Shown here: one piece after another, positions 47,496-56,364 of the stretch | How the letters are laid out: every line of letters starts with the position of its first letter | Numbering within the stretch: position 1 is the first letter of the stretch | NCBI GenBank assembly: GCA_016182965.1 | Contig: JACPFM010000071.1 | Span: 3,181-67,180, forward strand | Direction of reading: 5' to 3' | From: Deltaproteobacteria bacterium | GTDB lineage: Bacteria; Myxococcota_A; Polyangia; Polyangiales; JADJMO01 | DNA: 64,000 nt | Position numbers and translations under genes: made by a program | Notes under the pieces: generated by a model | Told to the model about the DNA's origin: nothing | The model's database searches: none | What the model saw: the letters and a program-made list of their open reading frames with translations, nothing else

Positions 47496-48313
47496 TCGTC
47501 GGGATCGTCGGCCTCGGGCTGCTCGGCGGGTCGTTGGCCCGCGCGCTCGCGCAGGTCGAGACGCGCGTGATCGCGGTCGATCCCGATCCGTCGGTGCGCG
47601 CCGAGGCCATCGAGCTGGGCGTGGTCGCCGAGGCGCACGCCGACGTCGGCCCGCACCTCGCCGCGTGCGACGTGGTGGTCCTCGCCGCGCCGGTGGCCGC
47701 CATCGAGGCTCTGCTCGCTCCGGTGTCGCAGTCGATGCACCAGGGCGCGGTGCTCACCGACGTCGCCGGGATCAAGCGCAGCGTGCTCGACGCCGCAGCC
47801 GACGCGGTGCACCCCGACGTGCGGTTCGTCGCGGCCCATCCGATGTTCGGCGGCGAGAGCGGCGGGTTCGCGGCGTCGCGCGCCGAGGTCTTCCAGGGCG
47901 GCGTGGTCGCGATCTGTGACGACCGCCTGCCGTTCTCCCCCGCAAGGGAGCACGAAGAGGCCATCGAGCAGGTGTCGGCGCTGTACCGATCGCTCGGCGC
48001 GCACGTCCTCCGCTGCGGCGCCGACGCGCACGACGCCGCGGTCGCCAAGGTCTCGCACCTGCCGTACGTCGTTTCGCACGCGGTGTTCGAGGTCGCCGCA
48101 GGCGACGCGCTCGCCGAGGCGCTCGCCGGCCCGGGCTTCCGCGGCGCGACGCGCCTCGCGGCGTTCGCCTATGGCGTGCAGGGCGAGGTCGCGCGTCGCA
48201 ACCCCCACTTGCCGGCTGCGATCGACGCGATGATCGATCGGCTGCGCGCGCTGCGCGACGCGCTCGCGTCCCCCGACGACGCGCGGCGCGCGCTCGCGCC
48301 CAAGCGAAGATGA
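47492..48313 (+). CDS. tyrA: Prephenate/arogenate dehydrogenase
   Basis: GTG overlaps the aroH stop. Rossmann IVGIVGLGLLGGSLA, ...DVAGIK..., ...FVAAHPMFG.... Pathway context with aroH. Confidence 0.85.
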   Translation: MIVGIVGLGLLGGSLARALAQVETRVIAVDPDPSVRAEAIELGVVAEAHADVGPHLAACDVVVLAAPVAAIEALLAPVSQSMHQGAVLTDVAGIKRSVLDAAADAVHPDVRFVAAHPMFGGESGGFAASRAEVFQGGVVAICDDRLPFSPAREHEEAIEQVSALYRSLGAHVLRCGADAHDAAVAKVSHLPYVVSHAVFEVAAGDALAEALAGPGFRGATRLAAFAYGVQGEVARRNPHLPAAIDAMIDRLRALRDALASPDDARRALAPKRR

Positions 48314-48376
48314 TCACGGAGAGGCGGGGACGAGGGAGGGGGAGGATTCGGGGGGGCCGTCCACGCCTCTCCGTGA
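48314..48376 (+). terminator. Long-loop hairpin immediately after the tyrA stop (13-bp stem, G-tract-rich loop)
   Basis: tcacggagaggcg ... cgcctctccgtga. The 37-nt loop contains the runs gggg, ggg, ggggg and ggggggg. Confidence 0.35.
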
Positions 48377-48555
48377 CGCGCTGCTTCATGCAGCCTGCCG
48401 CCGCCGCTCGCAATGGGCGATCCCCGTCGCGTCGGGCACGCCGAACGACGAAAGGTGCAGACGCTTGATGCGTCGCAGCAGGGCCGTGGGACGGGCCGTT
48501 CGTGCCGTGTCGGAACGCGCGCGAACGCGAGCGGCCAGAGGCGCGACACGTTCTC

Positions 48556-48591
48556 GTTCGACCGTCGACGTTCGACCGTCGGCCCGGTCCG
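48556..48591. repeat. Solo right-arm fragment of the heptamer hairpin family, copy R7
   Basis: ttcgaccgtcgacgttcgaccgtcggcccggtccg closely parallels the R2 right arm plus its cccggtccg tail. Confidence 0.65.
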
Positions 48592-48663
48592 CGCGAGCGA
48601 CACCGAGGTGGCGGTCACCATCCGCGAGCAGCCCATTCATCGGCAAGTTAGGATGGCGACGCG

Positions 48664-49878
48664 ATGTGTGACACGGCGGTCGTGGTCGGCGCGAGCGGCG
48701 TGCTCTTCGCCAAGAGCTCCGATCGCGATGCGAACGAGGCGCAGCTGCTCGAGTGGCACCCGCGCCGTCGCAGCGAGCCCGGCGCGCGCGTGCGCTGCAC
48801 GTGGATGTCCATCCCTCAGGTGCGCGAGACGAACGCGGTGCTGCTGTCGCGGCCGTTCTGGATGTTCGGAGCCGAGATCGGCGCCAACGAGCACGGGGTC
48901 ACCATCGGCAACGAGGCGGTGTTCACGCGCGAGGCGGTGCCGGCGATCGGCCTCACCGGCATGGACCTCTTGCGCCTCGCGCTCGAGCGCGCGTCGACGG
49001 CGAAGGAGGCGGTCGACACGATCGTGTCGCTCGCCGAGGAGCACGGGCAGGGCGGGCGCTGCGGCCACGAGGACCCGGGCTTCCGCTACTTCTCGAGCTT
49101 CCTCGTCGCCGATCCGCGTCGCGCCTACGTGCTCGAGACCGCGGGGCGCGCCTTCGCCATCGAGGAGGTGCACGGCGCGCGCACCATCTCCAACGCGCTG
49201 AGCATCCCGTCGTTCGCCGCCGCCCACGCCGCCACGCTCGTTCCGTGGGCCATCGACGCGCGGGCGCGGCGCGCGTGCACGACCGCGGCCTTCGGGCGCG
49301 CGCGCAGCGCCTCCGACGCGATGGCGGCGCTCCGCAGCCACGGCGACGGGGCGATGGCGGCGCGGCCCTCCTACGGTCCGCTGGTCGGCGCCTCGCGCGG
49401 ACCGTGCGCGCACGCCGGCGGCCTCGTCGCCGGCATGCAGACGGTCGCCTCGTGGGTGGCCGAGCTGCGCCCCGGCGGCGTCGCCCATTGGGTGACCGGC
49501 ACCGCCGCGCCCTGCACCTCGTTGTTCAAGCCGGTCGCGGTCGACGAGCCCCTGGATCTCGGACCGACGCCCGCCGATCGAGACGACGGTCGCTCGCTTT
49601 GGTGGCGTCACGAGCGGCTCCACCGCGCGGTGATGCGCGATCCGGCTCGTCTTCTGCCGCTGTTCTCGGCCGAGCGCGACGCGGTGGAGGCGCGCTGGGC
49701 GATCGCGCGTCCGGGCTCGCGCGCCGCGTTCGCCGAGGCCGACGCGCTGCTCGCCGCCTGGACCGAGCGCCTCGAGCGCCTCGAGCGGCTCGATCGCGTG
49801 AAGGGCGAGTCGGTCTCCGATCGTCGGCCGCCCTGGGCGCGGCGCTTCTGGCGCGATCGCCAGGAGCGCGCGCGATGA
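48664..49878 (+). CDS. C69-family (secernin-like) Ntn-hydrolase dipeptidase
   Basis: N-terminal MCDT (nucleophile Cys2), ...VLFAKSSDRDANEAQ..., ...FGAEIGANEHGVTIGNEA.... Typical C69. Confidence 0.8.
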   Translation: MCDTAVVVGASGVLFAKSSDRDANEAQLLEWHPRRRSEPGARVRCTWMSIPQVRETNAVLLSRPFWMFGAEIGANEHGVTIGNEAVFTREAVPAIGLTGMDLLRLALERASTAKEAVDTIVSLAEEHGQGGRCGHEDPGFRYFSSFLVADPRRAYVLETAGRAFAIEEVHGARTISNALSIPSFAAAHAATLVPWAIDARARRACTTAAFGRARSASDAMAALRSHGDGAMAARPSYGPLVGASRGPCAHAGGLVAGMQTVASWVAELRPGGVAHWVTGTAAPCTSLFKPVAVDEPLDLGPTPADRDDGRSLWWRHERLHRAVMRDPARLLPLFSAERDAVEARWAIARPGSRAAFAEADALLAAWTERLERLERLDRVKGESVSDRRPPWARRFWRDRQERAR

Positions 49879-51476
49879 GCAAGGTCCGCTCCGAGCGCGA
49901 CCTCCGCGAGGCGGTGCGCGATCGCTCGTTCGTGCCCGCGCGCGCCGAGCTGCCCGCGGTCGTGCAGCTGCTCGGGAGCGACGAGGACGCCGACGCGGCC
50001 GAGCGCGCGCTGGCCCGCGCCGGCGACGCGGGGGCGCGCGCCGCGATCGCGGCGTTCGAAGACGCGAGACCGCCGCTGCGTGGGCGCATCGTCAAGACGG
50101 TCGCGCGCGTCCCAGGCTTCGAACGCTGGCTGCTCGACCGCCTCGACGACGAGGACGGAAAGACGCGCCGCAACGCGATCGTCGCGCTCGGTCGGAGGCC
50201 CGAGGGGCCGGCGGGCACGCCGACCGAAGGAGACCTCGGCGCCGAGATCGAGGAGCGCCTCGCCGCGTCGTGGTCGCAGGAGCCTCGCGTCGAGCACCGG
50301 CGCTCGATCGCCGCCTCGCTCGGGAAGATCGGCGACGCCCGCGCCCTCGAGGTGCTGCGCGCGGCGCGCGACGCCGAGGACCCGGAGCTTCGGCGCATCG
50401 TCGGCGAGGCCTTGGTGAAGCTCGAGCGCACCGCCGCGCGCGAGGAGCGCGGGGCGATCGACGTCGCCGCGGTCCCGTCGCAGCCGCTGCTGGTCCGCTT
50501 CCGATGTCGGCGCGGCCTCGAGGAGGTGCTCGAGGAGGAGCTCGACGAGCTGTCGCCGAGCGTGGTCGGACCGGGCGTGATCGAGGCGCGCGCCGCGCTC
50601 TCCATCGCGAGCCTCTACCGCGCGCGCACCGCGCTCTCGTTCGGCTGGGTGCTGCCGGTCCCCTCGCGCGGCACGGTCGAGGAGCGGGTGGAGGAGGCGA
50701 TCGTCGCCGCCGCCCCGCTGCTGCGCCGGCACACCATCGGCCCGATCACCTGGCGCCTCGACTGGATCGGGGCCGGGCACCGGCGCGCGGCGACCTTCCG
50801 CGTCGCGCGCGGCGTCTCCGCGCGCCGCCCCGAGCTGCGCAACGATCCGACCGCGAGCCTGTGGGAGATCGCCGTGATCGGAGCGGACGACGGCATGAGC
50901 GTCGAGGCGCACCCCAAGGGCGCCGCCGATCCGCGCTTCACGTATCGCGTGGCCGACGTGCCAGCGTCGTCGCACCCGACGATCGCCGCGGCGCTCGCGC
51001 GTGCCTCCGGCGTGCGGCGCGACGAGGTGGTGTGGGATCCGTTCGTCGGCGCCGGCGCCGAGCTCATCGAACGCGCACGCCTCGGCGCCTGCCGCGCGCT
51101 GTACGGCAGCGATCTCGATCCGCGCGCGATCGAGGCGGCGCGCGCCAACGTCGCCGCCGCCGGCGTCTCCGCGGTGCTCGCCGTGTCCGATGCGCGCGAG
51201 TCGCGCCCGCCCGAGCCGGTATCGCTCGTCATCACCAACCCGCCGATGGGTCGCCGCGTGCTGGACCGACGGGCCCTCGAGCCCCTCTTCGAAGGGGTGT
51301 TCGCCAATGTGCGGGCGGCGCTGCGGCGCGACGGCCGCGTGGTCCTCCTGTCGCCGCTCTTCGGGCGCAGCGTGGAGATGGCCGCGCGACACGATCTGCG
51401 CGTGGTGCGCCGCGGCGCGGTCGATCTCGGCGGCTTCGACGCGGAGCTGCAGGTGTTCGAGGTGCGACGACGATGA
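49875..51476 (+). CDS. THUMP-like / class I SAM-dependent (N6-adenine or m2G type) RNA methyltransferase with an N-terminal HEAT-like region
   Basis: ATG overlaps the upstream stop. SAM motif I VWDPFVGAGAELIE and catalytic LVITNPPMG (NPPY-type). N-terminal ~190 aa are helical repeats. Confidence 0.7.
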   Translation: MSKVRSERDLREAVRDRSFVPARAELPAVVQLLGSDEDADAAERALARAGDAGARAAIAAFEDARPPLRGRIVKTVARVPGFERWLLDRLDDEDGKTRRNAIVALGRRPEGPAGTPTEGDLGAEIEERLAASWSQEPRVEHRRSIAASLGKIGDARALEVLRAARDAEDPELRRIVGEALVKLERTAAREERGAIDVAAVPSQPLLVRFRCRRGLEEVLEEELDELSPSVVGPGVIEARAALSIASLYRARTALSFGWVLPVPSRGTVEERVEEAIVAAAPLLRRHTIGPITWRLDWIGAGHRRAATFRVARGVSARRPELRNDPTASLWEIAVIGADDGMSVEAHPKGAADPRFTYRVADVPASSHPTIAAALARASGVRRDEVVWDPFVGAGAELIERARLGACRALYGSDLDPRAIEAARANVAAAGVSAVLAVSDARESRPPEPVSLVITNPPMGRRVLDRRALEPLFEGVFANVRAALRRDGRVVLLSPLFGRSVEMAARHDLRVVRRGAVDLGGFDAELQVFEVRRR

Positions 51477-52114
51477 TCCACGATCGAATGCTCCGAGCGC
51501 TGGCCGACGTGGCGGCGCAGGCCTGCGCCGGGCGACCGCCCGCGCACGACTTCCTCCACGTCGAGCGCGTGGCCGCGCTCGCGCGCACCATCGGCCAGGC
51601 CGAGGGCGCGCGCGTCGACGTGGTGGTCGCCGCCGCGCTTCTCCACGAGCTGATCAACCTGCCGAAGGACCACCCGGAGTCGCACCGCTCGGGCGATCTC
51701 TGCGCCGAGGAGGCGATGAAGGTGCTCGCCGGGGCGGGCGTCGCCGCCGACACCGCCGAGCGCGTCGCCGCGTGCATCCGCGACCACGCGTTCTCGAAGG
51801 GCGCCGCGCCGCCGACGTTCGAGGCGGCCGTGCTGCAGGACGCCGATCGGCTCGATGCCATCGGCGCGATCGGCGTCGCGCGGTGCTTCGCCACCTGCAG
51901 CGAGATGAAGCGGCCCTTCTACGCGCCCGACGATCCCTTCTGCGAGGCGCGGGCGCCCGACGACAAGCTGTGGGGCCTCGACCATTTTTTCCGCAAGCTC
52001 CTGCGCATCGAGGAGGGCCTGCACACCGAGACGGCGCGGGCGATCGGCCGCGAGCGCACCGCGTTCCTGCGGACGTACCTCGCCCGGCTCGAGGCGGAGC
52101 TCGCCGGGCGCTGA
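51473..52114 (+). CDS. HD-domain phosphohydrolase
   Basis: ATG overlaps the upstream stop. H..RV......AALLHEL (His...HD-like), ...LQDADRLDAIGAIG.... YedJ-like HD family pattern. Confidence 0.8.
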   Translation: MIHDRMLRALADVAAQACAGRPPAHDFLHVERVAALARTIGQAEGARVDVVVAAALLHELINLPKDHPESHRSGDLCAEEAMKVLAGAGVAADTAERVAACIRDHAFSKGAAPPTFEAAVLQDADRLDAIGAIGVARCFATCSEMKRPFYAPDDPFCEARAPDDKLWGLDHFFRKLLRIEEGLHTETARAIGRERTAFLRTYLARLEAELAGR

Positions 52115-52119
52115 CAGGA

Positions 52120-52372
52120 GTCGTCAGTCGTCAGTCGTCAGTCGTCAGTCGGCTGAATCTTCAGCGCCGCGGTCGAAGGTCGAAGGCCAGGGGCCAAGCC
52201 CCTGGAACCCCGGGCAGCATCGGCCTTGTTTCGACCTTCGACGTTTGCCCGTCGCCTCCGAACGGTGCGAGGCCTATTCCCTGGAAAGGTATGCCCGCCA
52301 TCTGCGGGACTTGTACGTCGAACTCGCCGATACGGCGGGAGGAAGGCCGGCACGTGACTGACGACTGATGAC
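52120..52372 (+). repeat. Heptamer-array/hairpin composite element, copy R5
   Basis: (GTCGTCA)4 at 52120-52147. Arms ggtcgaaggtcgaagg / ttcgaccttcgac around ccaggggccaagcccctgg. A 110-nt tail. Degenerate inverted array tgactgacgactgatgac at 52355-52372. Confidence 0.85.
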
Positions 52373-52402
52373 CCCGTCCTTCGCGAGCAGCGACTCGCCG
52401 AC

Positions 52403-53377
52403 CTACCCCACGATCTCGATCTCGGTGCCGAGCCCCTTGGCGCGTGCGGCGGCGTAGATGACGCGCGCGAGCGCGACGTCCTGGATCGCAAGGCCGGTGC
52501 TGTCGAACACCGTGATCTCGTCGTCGCTCGCGCGGCCGGGGAGGCGGCCGATGACGACCTCCCCGAGGGTGCCGTGGATCTGCCTCGCGTCGTAGATGCC
52601 CTCGTGGATGGGGACGTTGACCTCGCCGGAGTGGGTCGCCTGATCCCAGTCGTCGACGACCACCTTGGCGTCGACCAGCACGTTGGCATCGAGCTCCTGT
52701 TTGCCCGGCGCGTCGGCGCCCATCGCGTTGAGGTGCACGCCCTTCGGGACGAACGCGCGCTTGACGATGGGGGTCCGCACCGGCGTGGAGGTGCAGACGA
52801 TGTCGCAGGCACACGCCTCCTCCAGGGAGCCGACCCGGCCGGAGGCCTCGCGCGCGAAAGCCTCCGCGGCGTCGGTGCGCACGTCGTGCGCGACGACCTG
52901 GAGCTCACCGAAGACGACCCGGTGCGCATCGAGCAGCCAACGCGACTGCACGCCGGCGCCCACGAAGCCGAGGGTGCGCGGCAGCTTGCGCGCCAGGTAC
53001 TTGGACGCGACCGCGGCGGACGCGCCCGTGCGGGCGGCCGTGAGGATGGTGCCGTCCATGATCGCGAGCGGCACCGCCGTGTCGGGATCGGACAGCACGT
53101 AGACGGCCATCACCGCGGGCAGGCCGTGCTTCTCGGGGTTCTTGGGGTGGGAGTTGACCCACTTCACGCCGGCCGACGCGCCCGTCGGATCGTCGAAATA
53201 CGCGGGCATCGCCCGGAAGTCCCCCTCGTGGCGGTCGAGCGACAGGTACACCTTCGAGGGCATCAGCGCGGTGCCGCGCGCGTGGGCGGCGAACGCGGCC
53301 TCGATCGCGGGGACCGCCTCGTTCATCGAGACCACGGCGCGGACGTCGGCGTGCGAGAGGATGAGCGTCTTCGGCAT
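52403..53377 (-). CDS. Ornithine cyclodeaminase / mu-crystallin family enzyme
   Basis: ...GVKWVNSHPKNP..GLPAVMAVYVLSDPDTA.PLAIMDGT.LTAARTGA..AVASKYLA. and Rossmann GFVGAGVQ. Classic OCD/CRYM blocks. Confidence 0.9.
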   Translation of the reverse strand: MPKTLILSHADVRAVVSMNEAVPAIEAAFAAHARGTALMPSKVYLSLDRHEGDFRAMPAYFDDPTGASAGVKWVNSHPKNPEKHGLPAVMAVYVLSDPDTAVPLAIMDGTILTAARTGASAAVASKYLARKLPRTLGFVGAGVQSRWLLDAHRVVFGELQVVAHDVRTDAAEAFAREASGRVGSLEEACACDIVCTSTPVRTPIVKRAFVPKGVHLNAMGADAPGKQELDANVLVDAKVVVDDWDQATHSGEVNVPIHEGIYDARQIHGTLGEVVIGRLPGRASDDEITVFDSTGLAIQDVALARVIYAAARAKGLGTEIEIVG

Positions 53378-53438
53378 GGGCGGGCGAGCATATCGCCGGA
53401 CCCCACGTTCCGTCAGCGCGTCACGTGCGTCACGTGCG

Positions 53439-54458
53439 TCAGGTGACGAACGCGCGCACGACGCTGCGCCACAACGGCGCCGCGCCGGCCATCTCGCCGA
53501 CGAGCACCGCCTCGGCGGCGGCGCGATCGGCGCGGACGCCCGCGGCCGCGAGCCGGCGCGCGATGTGGTCGGCGACCGTCCAGCGCGTGACCAGATCGAG
53601 CCGGGCGTGCGCGAAGGTGCCGCGCTCGACCCACTCGAGGCCCCAGATCTCGTCGGCGATCCAGTCGGCGAGGATCGCCTCGGGGCGCTCGATCGTCGCG
53701 GTCCGCGCCTCGGCGCGGTCGAACGCCGGCGCCCAGGGCCTGTCGCGCAGGCCGCGCACGGGCACGTCGTGCAGCGACAGCAACGCGTCGCCGAACCACG
53801 CGAGCGCCTGCCCGCACGAGGACCCGTCGAGCTTGCTGCGATAGTGGTGCGCGACGTCGGTCCAGCTCACGTCCTCGAGCTTCGGGAACGGCTCGGCGTC
53901 GAGGACGGCCTTCGTGTCTTCGCCGGCGGCCAGGCGCGCGAGGAGGTCGCGCTCGAGGCGCTCCCAGCGCGCGAAGGGCACGCGGCGACGCGCGTCGAGC
54001 CGCACGGTCTTGCCGACCACCACGTCGGCCCCGAGCCGCCCCGCGCCGTCGCGGAGCGAGCTCCACGCGTCGGCGAGATCGATCGGCGGCCGATCGCCCA
54101 TCGTGCGGCAAGGGCAGCGGTGCTCGGTCGACACGCGTCGGCCTTCGGGCGTGGCCACCAGCCGGTAGGGGAAGCGCCGGCAGACGGAGGGCTTGGCGAG
54201 CGGGCCATGCGCCGCGTGGACGCGACAACCGTCATCGCCGAGGTGCGTGCACGCGCCGTCGCGCGCCGCGACCACCGCCGCGCCGATGTGCGGGTTGTGC
54301 GCGATCGAATCGGGCGCGAGGACCGTGAGGCGGCGCACCTCGGACCGCGTGACCGGCCCGATGGCGTGCACGTCGGTGCAGCAGAGACCGTCGCCGAAGC
54401 AGCGGTATCGTGCGCCCGGGCGGCTCGCGAGTCGAGGGGGTCGAGGACGAGCGCTCAC
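53439..54458 (-). CDS. Cys-cluster (YkgJ/CxxCxxCC-like) protein, function unknown
   Basis: N-terminal YRCFGDGLCCTDVH...ACTHLGDDGCRVH...SVCRRFPY...HRCPC. This Cys pattern is reminiscent of the UPF0153/YkgJ family. Confidence 0.45.
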   Translation of the reverse strand: MSARPRPPRLASRPGARYRCFGDGLCCTDVHAIGPVTRSEVRRLTVLAPDSIAHNPHIGAAVVAARDGACTHLGDDGCRVHAAHGPLAKPSVCRRFPYRLVATPEGRRVSTEHRCPCRTMGDRPPIDLADAWSSLRDGAGRLGADVVVGKTVRLDARRRVPFARWERLERDLLARLAAGEDTKAVLDAEPFPKLEDVSWTDVAHHYRSKLDGSSCGQALAWFGDALLSLHDVPVRGLRDRPWAPAFDRAEARTATIERPEAILADWIADEIWGLEWVERGTFAHARLDLVTRWTVADHIARRLAAAGVRADRAAAEAVLVGEMAGAAPLWRSVVRAFVT

Positions 54459-54482
54459 GGGTGGCGTATAGGCCGTTTCGCC

Positions 54483-54959
54483 ATGAAGACCAACGCAGCG
54501 CGGGTGCTCGACGCGCTCGGCATTCCCTACGAGCTGCGCGCGTACGAGGTCGATCCCGACGACCTGACCGCGGAGACGGTCGCGCGCAAGGTGGGCCTCC
54601 CGGCCGAGCAGGTGTTCAAGACGCTGGTCGCCAAGGGCGATCGCAAGGGCGTGTGCCTCGCCGTGGTCCCCGGCAACGCCGAGCTCGATCTCAAGGCGCT
54701 CGCGAAGCTCACCGGAGACGCGCGCCTCGAGACGGCGCCGCTCAAGGAAGTGCAGCCGCTCACCGGCTACGTCCGCGGCGGCGTCACCGCGTTCGCGTGC
54801 AAGAAGGACTATCCCGTCTTCGCAGACGAGACCCTCGAGCTCTTCGACGTCATCTCGGTCTCAGCGGGGCAGCGCGGACTGCAGATTCTGCTGTCACCGG
54901 CGGATTACCTGCGCGCGACCAACGCGAAGCTCGGGCCCATCGCGCGCGACTTCCGCTGA
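54483..54959 (+). CDS. ybaK: Cys-tRNA(Pro)/Cys-tRNA(Cys) deacylase YbaK
   Basis: MKTNAARVLDALGIPYELRAYEVDPDDL.AE.VA.KVG....VFKTLV.....GV.LAVVPG...LDLKALAK..G; GYVRGG.TAF. Full YbaK pattern. Confidence 0.9.
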   Translation: MKTNAARVLDALGIPYELRAYEVDPDDLTAETVARKVGLPAEQVFKTLVAKGDRKGVCLAVVPGNAELDLKALAKLTGDARLETAPLKEVQPLTGYVRGGVTAFACKKDYPVFADETLELFDVISVSAGQRGLQILLSPADYLRATNAKLGPIARDFR

Positions 54960-55034
54960 CGCGCCCCGCCTGACGCGGCCGCGTCGACGCGGCCGGAATC
55001 GATCCCTCGAGCGCACCCGGTGGCGCACGAGCGC

Positions 55035-55415
55035 TCAGATGTTCTCCTCGATGCCCTTCCGGCGCTCCGCCGGCGTACGCAGGTGCGGCGGGTGGGCAGG
55101 GCTGGTCTCCGACTCGTCGGGCTGCTCGAAGCCCTCGGGGACGTCGAATGGCCGGCCGAGATCGCCCGGATCGCGGTGACAACCGGACGGCGGAGGACCG
55201 CCGCCCTTGGCCCCCGGGTGCCCTGGCGGGAGCTCGCCCGACGGCGGCATCGCGAGGTTCGGCAGCGCGTGCGGGGCACTCGACCAGTGCTCGCCGATGA
55301 GGACGGGCTCGGACGATTCACAGCCGAGCGAGGCAACGCTCGCCGCCCCAACCATGCCGACCATGGCGACCACGGTGACGGGCGCGGCGATGGGCGCGAG
55401 GAGACGTCGGAGCAT
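55035..55415 (-). CDS. Small hypothetical lipoprotein
   Basis: MLRRLLAPIAAPVTVVAMVGMVGAASVASLGC lipobox. Pro/Gly-rich mature part. Confidence 0.45.
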   Translation of the reverse strand: MLRRLLAPIAAPVTVVAMVGMVGAASVASLGCESSEPVLIGEHWSSAPHALPNLAMPPSGELPPGHPGAKGGGPPPSGCHRDPGDLGRPFDVPEGFEQPDESETSPAHPPHLRTPAERRKGIEENI

Positions 55416-55518
55416 CACGCTCACAGCCGGATGCGCATGCCGTACCAACACCTACCGTGCACGCGCGGCCTCGACCGCGCGGGCTCATGGCCGTCTCATC
55501 CGCGGGGAGGCGTGCGGC

Positions 55519-56331
55519 TCACTGCCCGCTGAACCGTCCGGCGCGTCGCTCCACGAACGACTGCATACCCTCGCGCGCGTCGTCGCTCGCCATCACCGGC
55601 TGCAGCTCGGCGAACAGCCGAGCGGCGAGGGCGGGCTCGTCGGGCTGCGCGGCGCGCCGCGACTCGAGCATCGTCGTGCGGACGCCGAGCGGGGCCTGGG
55701 CGGCGATCGTCTCGGCGATGGCGAGCGCCCGATCGAGGTGCGCGCCCGCCTCGACGACCTCCTGAACGAGACCGATGCGGTGCGCCTCGGCCGCGTCGAA
55801 CTCGTCTCCGGTGAGGATCCAGCGCATCGCGTTGCCCCAGCCCGTCTCGCGCGCGAAGCGGATCGTCGCGCCGCCGAACGGGAAGATCCCGCGCTTGACC
55901 TCGAGCTGTGAGAACCGACACGTCTTCGAGGCGACGCGGACGTCGCACGAAAGGGCGAGCTCGATGCCGATGGTCATGCAGATCCCCTGAAGCGCGCACA
56001 CCACCGGTTTGTGGCGCACCGCTCCGTGGAGACCGAGCGGATCGACCGCGCCGTCGCGCATCGGAAAGCGCCCGCTGGCGAACGTCGGCGCCATTTGCAC
56101 GAGGTCGAGCCCGCCGGTGAAGTGATCGCCGTGCGCGAACAGCACGGCGCACCGCACCTCGGCGTCCTGTTCGAGCGTGGTGTACGCCTCGGCCAGCTGC
56201 TCGAACATCGGCGGATCGAACGCGTTGCGCTTGGCGACGCGATCGAGCCCGATGAGCAGCAGGTGACCGCGCCGGTCGACGGAGATCGTGCGCTCGCCCT
56301 GCCTGCGTTCGGCGTCTGCCTCGGAGGTCAT
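55519..56331 (-). CDS. Enoyl-CoA hydratase/crotonase family protein
   Basis: ...AVLFAHGDHFTGGLDL..., KPVVCALQGICMTIGIELALSCDVRVASKTCRFSQLEVKRGIFPFGG.... Confidence 0.85.
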   Translation of the reverse strand: MTSEADAERRQGERTISVDRRGHLLLIGLDRVAKRNAFDPPMFEQLAEAYTTLEQDAEVRCAVLFAHGDHFTGGLDLVQMAPTFASGRFPMRDGAVDPLGLHGAVRHKPVVCALQGICMTIGIELALSCDVRVASKTCRFSQLEVKRGIFPFGGATIRFARETGWGNAMRWILTGDEFDAAEAHRIGLVQEVVEAGAHLDRALAIAETIAAQAPLGVRTTMLESRRAAQPDEPALAARLFAELQPVMASDDAREGMQSFVERRAGRFSGQ

Positions 56332-56364
56332 CTCGCGAGCCTACCCGCGCTATGGTGCCTGTAC

